Below are positions 43,892-48,495 of a stretch of 48,495 bases of DNA, in pieces. The translations under genes and the position numbers were made by a program. The DNA is from a virus. Its lineage: Duplodnaviria; Caudoviricetes. The first letter of the stretch is position 1. Every line of letters starts with the position of its first letter. The notes under the pieces are model-generated. The model did not search any database and had not been told where the DNA came from. It saw nothing but the letters and a program-made list of their open reading frames with translations. Location of the stretch: IMG/VR virus record IMGVR_UViG_3300020045_007863, positions 1 to 48,495 of that record; one strand, 5' to 3'.

Positions 43892-44857
43892 ATGAAAAAT
43901 AAAGAACATGAGCTCATTGAGAAACTCAACAAAGCTGCTGGTTCCAAAATAGCAGTATCGGGGGACTCTATAGACAAGGTAGATATAATCCCTACAGGCA
44001 TCATCCCTCTCGACTTTGCCCTTGGCATTGGTGGCATTCCAAGAGGGCGCATCACCGACATCTATTCGCTACCCTCGGTAGGTAAATCCACCCTTTGTTA
44101 CTCGCTTATCGCAAACGCCCAAGCTAAAGGGCTTGTTTGTGCCTTGGTAGACGCTGAAAACGCTTACGCCAAAGAATATGTCGAACACTTTGGGATAGAC
44201 ACCTCGAAACTTATTGTTATTGCTCCCAACTGCTTAGAGGAGGCGGGAGAAGCTATAGAAACCCTTGTACGCGAAAAGGTTGGGCTTATTGTCATAGATT
44301 CAATCACTAGCCTCATACCCCGCGCTCTCGCCGAGGCAGACCACGGAAAACCTCAAATGGCGTACCAAGCGCGAGGAATCTCTCAAATGCTCCTAAAGCT
44401 AGTACAGCCAGTTGCCAAATTCAATACCGCAATCGTCACTATTAACCAGATGCGCGTAAACATCATGGCTATGCACCCAGGGGACAAGTACGCCGTCACC
44501 GGAGGGTGGGCGCTCAAATTCTACTCCTCTATCAGAATAGAAATGAAACGACTCCAAGCAATCACCAAAAAAGACGAAAAAGACGTTATTGGGTATAAAG
44601 TAGGATTCAAAATAATGAAAAACAAACTCGCTCGCCCTGGTCTTACTTGCGAAGTTCCTTACCTGTATGGTGCTGGTTTTACCAAGGAGGGCAACATACT
44701 CGAAATGGCACTAGAACGAGGGTTAGTTATAAGAGATGGAAATAAGTATTTTTACGGCGAAACAAATCTTGGGACAGGAAAAGAAAAAGCCAGCCTCGCT
44801 ATCGAAGCTGACTCAGCTATAAAGGGAATCTTGACTACTGCGTTGTTTCCTCGGTGA
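43892..44857 (+). CDS. recA: RecA-family recombinase
   Basis: IPTG..LDFALGIGGIPRGRI, SLPSVGKST, DAEN, IVIDS, QAR, INQMR, TGGWALKFYSSIR, KNK. Confidence 0.95.
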   Translation: MKNKEHELIEKLNKAAGSKIAVSGDSIDKVDIIPTGIIPLDFALGIGGIPRGRITDIYSLPSVGKSTLCYSLIANAQAKGLVCALVDAENAYAKEYVEHFGIDTSKLIVIAPNCLEEAGEAIETLVREKVGLIVIDSITSLIPRALAEADHGKPQMAYQARGISQMLLKLVQPVAKFNTAIVTINQMRVNIMAMHPGDKYAVTGGWALKFYSSIRIEMKRLQAITKKDEKDVIGYKVGFKIMKNKLARPGLTCEVPYLYGAGFTKEGNILEMALERGLVIRDGNKYFYGETNLGTGKEKASLAIEADSAIKGILTTALFPR

Positions 44858-46352
44858 AGTCGGCGATAGCCGTCTCTAGCGTTAAAAACGTGCCTGCAAA
44901 AGATGTGCCATTCTCCACTATGCACCGCAATACTTTTGTTGGGTCAATAATTCCCTCTTTTACCATGTCTTTTACTTTCTTCCCCGTTTTCACGTTGTAA
45001 AAATTTCCGTCAGGGATAATTCCTGCGTTGGCGAGGATTTGTTCAAACGGCTTTCGTAGAGCACGCACCATCACTTGTGCTCCCACCGTAGTCTGTGTAA
45101 GTTCTGCGGCAATTTTATATAAGGTCACTCCCCCACCCGCACTTACCCCTTCTTCGGTAGCTGCCTTAGCTGCATTCACTGCATCGTCTAGTTTATCTTT
45201 GCGATACTTAATTTCAGCTTCCGTTTTGGCTCCCACTCGAATAACAACAATACCATCTGATAATTTCGCCAAACGCTTTACAAACAGCTCACGATTTCCA
45301 AGGTCTTTGTCTTTAATTTGTTCTTCAAGATTTTTCACTCTCTCTACAAGAGCGGGAGAGCTATCTGCAATAATGATGGTCTTTTTCTCTGTCACCACCA
45401 CACGCTTTGCTTTTCCTATGTGCATAGGAGTGATTTGTTTAATACCTAAATCTTTAGTTACCGCTGTCCCATTAACAAGAGTCGCTATGTCCTCTAGTTC
45501 CTCTTTTGTCTCTGGTTTACGGACAACGACCGTTGTAAAATTACCCTTAATTTTGTTTCCGATGACTGTAGTAAGTAACTCACCCTCCATACGGTCTACA
45601 ATGACCAACGCTGACCCATGCCCTTGTTTCATCAACTCGTTGATAGTAAATACTAAATCGTGGTTTAGATTCATATAACGGTCTGTCACAATAACAGGAA
45701 CGTCCTCAAGAACTGCCTCGTTGCGTTCGACGTTTGTTATCATGTAAGGACTAACAAATCCATTTTCCCAAAAATACCCTTGAACGTCCTCACGTTCCAA
45801 CTTATAACCAGAACCCTGCTCTACCGTGATAGCTCCATGCTCTCCCGCTTTTCCAACCGCATCTGCAACCATTTGCGCCATTTCTTCATCTTCCACAGAT
45901 ACCCGCGCGACATTAAGGATATCCTCACGCGAACTCACTGACTTAGATTGTTTCTGTATTGCCTCGACAACTAAAACCTTCGCTTCATCTAGCTCAGCTC
46001 GAAGCTCCATAGGACTTTTACCTTTAGCAACTTCCTCTAACCCCGCCTCAACCAACGCATCGGAAAACACAATAGTCCCTGTGGTGCCATCTCCCGCCTC
46101 ACTTACTGTTTGTTCTGCTGCTTCTTTTATCAACTCTGCCCCGAGTTTTTCAAAAGGGTTTTTCGGGTTTATACGGAGCGCAATAGATACTCCGTCGTTT
46201 GTGGGCTTTGAACGCCCGTACTCCCTATACACCGCATTACGCCCCTTAGCCCCCATAGTGGCAGCCACGGGCTTAACCACACGGTCAATACCTCTTTTAA
46301 GAGCAGCACGCGCCTCGTCACCCTGTAGTTCTTCTGTATATGTATTAAGCAT
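44835..46352 (-). CDS. groEL: Chaperonin GroEL (Cpn60), phage-type
   Basis: TMGAKGRN, TNDGVSIA, AGDGTT, GFVSPY, RLAKL, VGAKTEAE, DAVNAAKAA.EEG..GGG, GIIDPTKV. Confidence 0.96.
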   Translation of the reverse strand: MLNTYTEELQGDEARAALKRGIDRVVKPVAATMGAKGRNAVYREYGRSKPTNDGVSIALRINPKNPFEKLGAELIKEAAEQTVSEAGDGTTGTIVFSDALVEAGLEEVAKGKSPMELRAELDEAKVLVVEAIQKQSKSVSSREDILNVARVSVEDEEMAQMVADAVGKAGEHGAITVEQGSGYKLEREDVQGYFWENGFVSPYMITNVERNEAVLEDVPVIVTDRYMNLNHDLVFTINELMKQGHGSALVIVDRMEGELLTTVIGNKIKGNFTTVVVRKPETKEELEDIATLVNGTAVTKDLGIKQITPMHIGKAKRVVVTEKKTIIIADSSPALVERVKNLEEQIKDKDLGNRELFVKRLAKLSDGIVVIRVGAKTEAEIKYRKDKLDDAVNAAKAATEEGVSAGGGVTLYKIAAELTQTTVGAQVMVRALRKPFEQILANAGIIPDGNFYNVKTGKKVKDMVKEGIIDPTKVLRCIVENGTSFAGTFLTLETAIADFTEETTQ

Positions 46353-46438
46353 ATTTTTTTATTGTATTACGTCTAAAGTTAGTAACAAACTCTCCAACAA
46401 CAAGCAATCTCCCGTACCTTTTTTTCATGTTTCTCAAA

Positions 46439-48055
46439 TTAAACTCGTAATGATTTAATTATATCACGATGGAACGAGCGCGAGTCCCCGTCTGTGGGTA
46501 AGTCACCACGCTGTAGTCGAATGATTCTCCCCACGTTCGCTGCAAAGTTCTCTGCCGCCGCTCTAAAATCAGCTATCTCCGCGTCATGCACTGGCTTCAA
46601 ACTCTCCGAGGTTGTCCGCGCGTTCCCTTGGTAGCGGCTCTGCGCTATAGCATCATACACGCGCATAGCCCCTGGGGAGTCGCTATTAAACACCATTCGG
46701 GGGAAAAGAGACTCGAGAGCTTTTCGCCGTGGTTCAAATTTAATTGCATAAGGGTTATACACAAGTCGCACCCCGTATTTTGCAAGCACTTGTGCCGAAG
46801 ATGTGTTGGTTGGGTGCCGCTGGGCAAAATGGTCTGCCTCTCCAAACCATGCTATTGGCTTCTTCTGATGCTTTGTATTTTCAATCATTTTTTGTTGAAA
46901 TTCGTTGTACCCCTCTGGGTTGTAAAGCGCCTCAGGATTAAGAAAAGGTACATACCAATCTATTGGTCTGTTCCTGTTGTGATACGCATCAAGACAAATA
47001 AAATTCTTCCCATCAAACTGCCAGTTAATGATTACCGTTAAGTCTTGCTTACCTCCAATATCCAAAGAGTCATAGAGAGGAAAACGTGAATTATAGGTAC
47101 AAGGCTGAATACGCGACTTAGTAACAGTGGGATAATACGCGGCTTTCGGGTTAATGGCGTAGCTTGGTTCTGCCTCACGCATGAGCTCGGGGTCATCCAT
47201 CATATCCGCTCGTTTCACCACACCGTCGTACCACTCTTGGTCTTTGAAGGGGTGGTCTTTCCAGGTAAGAGAAATGTAGTTCCCCTCTGCTTCGCGTGCC
47301 TTCTTAAAGTCCTCGTACACCTTTCCAGGAGCCACCGTAGAAGTGAAGACTTTAATTTTCGAGACAGATTGGAGAGCTCGGTACACTTCTTGGAAGCGGT
47401 CTATGGCAAACACCTCGTCTACCCATATAGTAGAGTACCGACGACTCCTTCCCGCGTCGGCGTTCGTCGAGCTGCCGGTGATAGAGCTGCCTATCGTCGG
47501 GTTAATGAGCTTGAGATTCATATCAGTAGTGGTGCCACGGACAATCTTTTTCTGGTATGACTCGGGGATAGTGTACTTCGGGAGTCTATCGAGCATCCAC
47601 CGAAACTTGCCGAAGATGCTTCCGTCGCACGTCCTGGTGCCATCATCTACCTCAACCTCTGTGCGAGACAGAATGAAGCTAGAGTAGTTCGGGGTAAAGA
47701 GCCACCGCCACTCAAAGTACGCGCACATAAGCCAAGTGATACCCATCTCACGGGGTTTGTCAATAAGGAGTTCGGCTTCTTGATTGCCGTTCTCAAGTTC
47801 CAGCATCTTGAGGATAATCTTCTTCTGGTAGTCAAACAAGAAGAATGGTTTTGGTGGCGACCCTTGCGCTTTGTTGGCTTTCAGGAGCATGAAGTCCTCG
47901 ATAAACCGAATAGGGTCTACCGAGTAAATGTCGAGAATCTTTGCTGCTCGTACATACTCATCTGCCTCAAGTTCTTTGAGTACACGAACCTTCTCTCGGA
48001 GTTTACCGAGGTACACGGGGCCGTTATAGTAATCCTCCAGGAGTTTTAGGTTCAT
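46439..48055 (-). CDS. terL: Terminase large subunit
   Basis: FFLFDYQ, IDKPREMGITW (Walker A), GRSRR..WVDE (Walker B), ST coupling motif, SLDIGGKQD nuclease, PVHD. Confidence 0.9.
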   Translation of the reverse strand: MNLKLLEDYYNGPVYLGKLREKVRVLKELEADEYVRAAKILDIYSVDPIRFIEDFMLLKANKAQGSPPKPFFLFDYQKKIILKMLELENGNQEAELLIDKPREMGITWLMCAYFEWRWLFTPNYSSFILSRTEVEVDDGTRTCDGSIFGKFRWMLDRLPKYTIPESYQKKIVRGTTTDMNLKLINPTIGSSITGSSTNADAGRSRRYSTIWVDEVFAIDRFQEVYRALQSVSKIKVFTSTVAPGKVYEDFKKAREAEGNYISLTWKDHPFKDQEWYDGVVKRADMMDDPELMREAEPSYAINPKAAYYPTVTKSRIQPCTYNSRFPLYDSLDIGGKQDLTVIINWQFDGKNFICLDAYHNRNRPIDWYVPFLNPEALYNPEGYNEFQQKMIENTKHQKKPIAWFGEADHFAQRHPTNTSSAQVLAKYGVRLVYNPYAIKFEPRRKALESLFPRMVFNSDSPGAMRVYDAIAQSRYQGNARTTSESLKPVHDAEIADFRAAAENFAANVGRIIRLQRGDLPTDGDSRSFHRDIIKSLRV

Positions 48056-48471
48056 ACTTCCCCTTCCGCGTACGCAAGAAAAGATTTCTCTAACTCGTCC
48101 CGCGTACTCTTGTTGATGTTGATACTTTGAAAGACAACCGAGTTCGGTCTGCCCGCACCCATGATTTTCGTAGCAGTGTTCATGAGTCTGTCAAACGCCG
48201 CGATACGGTCTTTAACTGCCAGCTTGTTTATCTCAGTCCTCGGCAGGTTCTTTGAAAGGTCAAGCAAAAGTGAGAGCATGTTGAGCTTCGCCTGTTCGTA
48301 CTTAACCATAGGGGTCTGTACGTTCCCCTGCATCACAGGGTTCTGCTTATTCTCATCCGTGACTTCGGTGCTATCCATCTGCACTACCTTTACTCCCATA
48401 TCAGTCGTTACTGTTTTGAAAGCCTTGGATGCCCAGCTCATGCGGGGATTTCCTTGCATTAAAGCGTACAT
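48052..48471 (-). CDS. Probable terminase small subunit (may be 5'-truncated)
   Basis: ATGA-coupled upstream of terL; helical; FQSININ near the C-terminus. Confidence 0.5.
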   Translation of the reverse strand: MYALMQGNPRMSWASKAFKTVTTDMGVKVVQMDSTEVTDENKQNPVMQGNVQTPMVKYEQAKLNMLSLLLDLSKNLPRTEINKLAVKDRIAAFDRLMNTATKIMGAGRPNSVVFQSININKSTRDELEKSFLAYAEGEV

Positions 48472-48495
48472 CTCTGGGGTTACGGCGTGAGGATT

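Larger units (their letters stand above)
1..48495. mobile_element. Tailed dsDNA bacteriophage, podovirus-like gene set, probable Patescibacteria/CPR host; near-complete genome
   Basis: Terminase, portal, capsid, tail/ejection, lysis and replication modules plus many small ORFs; no host housekeeping operons. The host call is inference. Confidence 0.93.

Noticed and set aside
43892-46352. Host chromosomal DNA or prophage boundary at recA/groEL
   Set aside because: Both genes are divergent, lack their usual bacterial neighbours and sit between terL and the portal; no integrase or att site was seen.
45028-46458. Long + strand ORFs (216 and 210 aa) and similar antisense ORFs across the late region
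   Set aside because: They are shadows of well-supported - strand genes, with no recognisable motifs.
1-48495. Alternative genetic code (stop-codon reassignment)
   Set aside because: Terminase, portal, capsid, GroEL, RecA and helicase are full length in the standard code, and TAA, TAG and TGA all end genes at sensible junctions.

Overview
This window is most of a tailed dsDNA phage genome with podovirus-type morphogenesis genes. No integrase, DNA polymerase, tRNA or CRISPR array was seen. The left edge starts inside a direct repeat and the right edge falls at the start of the presumed small terminase gene. Layout: (i) 1-5.3 kb, + strand early/host-takeover genes (Ocr-like DNA mimic, beta-clamp-like fragment, Cas4-like PD-(D/E)XK nuclease, SSB-like). 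(ii) 5.4-11.5 kb, - strand replication block (DnaA-domain-IV-like HTH, RecU-like, HNH proteins, Prim-Pol/helicase with a class 3 intein, initiator with internal iterons). (iii) 11.7-22.2 kb, - strand GroES, transglycosylase, ejection proteins, tail fibre, nozzle and adaptor. (iv) 22.3-29.4 kb accessory region of small ORFs, tandem repeats and two candidate structured RNAs. (v) 29.5-48.5 kb, - strand lysis genes, four signal-peptide proteins rich in A[ST][ST][ST], capsid, scaffold, portal, an inverted recA, groEL and terminase. Mostly SD-less AT-rich start contexts, scattered DnaA-box-like motifs and ATTT/ASST-rich exported proteins point, by inference, to a Patescibacteria (CPR, Parcubacteria-like) host. 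The best candidates for undescribed biology are the exported-protein cluster in the capsid operon, an Sm-like protein coupled to an RS-dipeptide peptide, a DnaA-IV-like regulator with variant DnaA boxes, an Arg1 class 3 intein, and two structured ncRNAs. All family calls come from motif recognition by eye; no database searches or folding programs were run.
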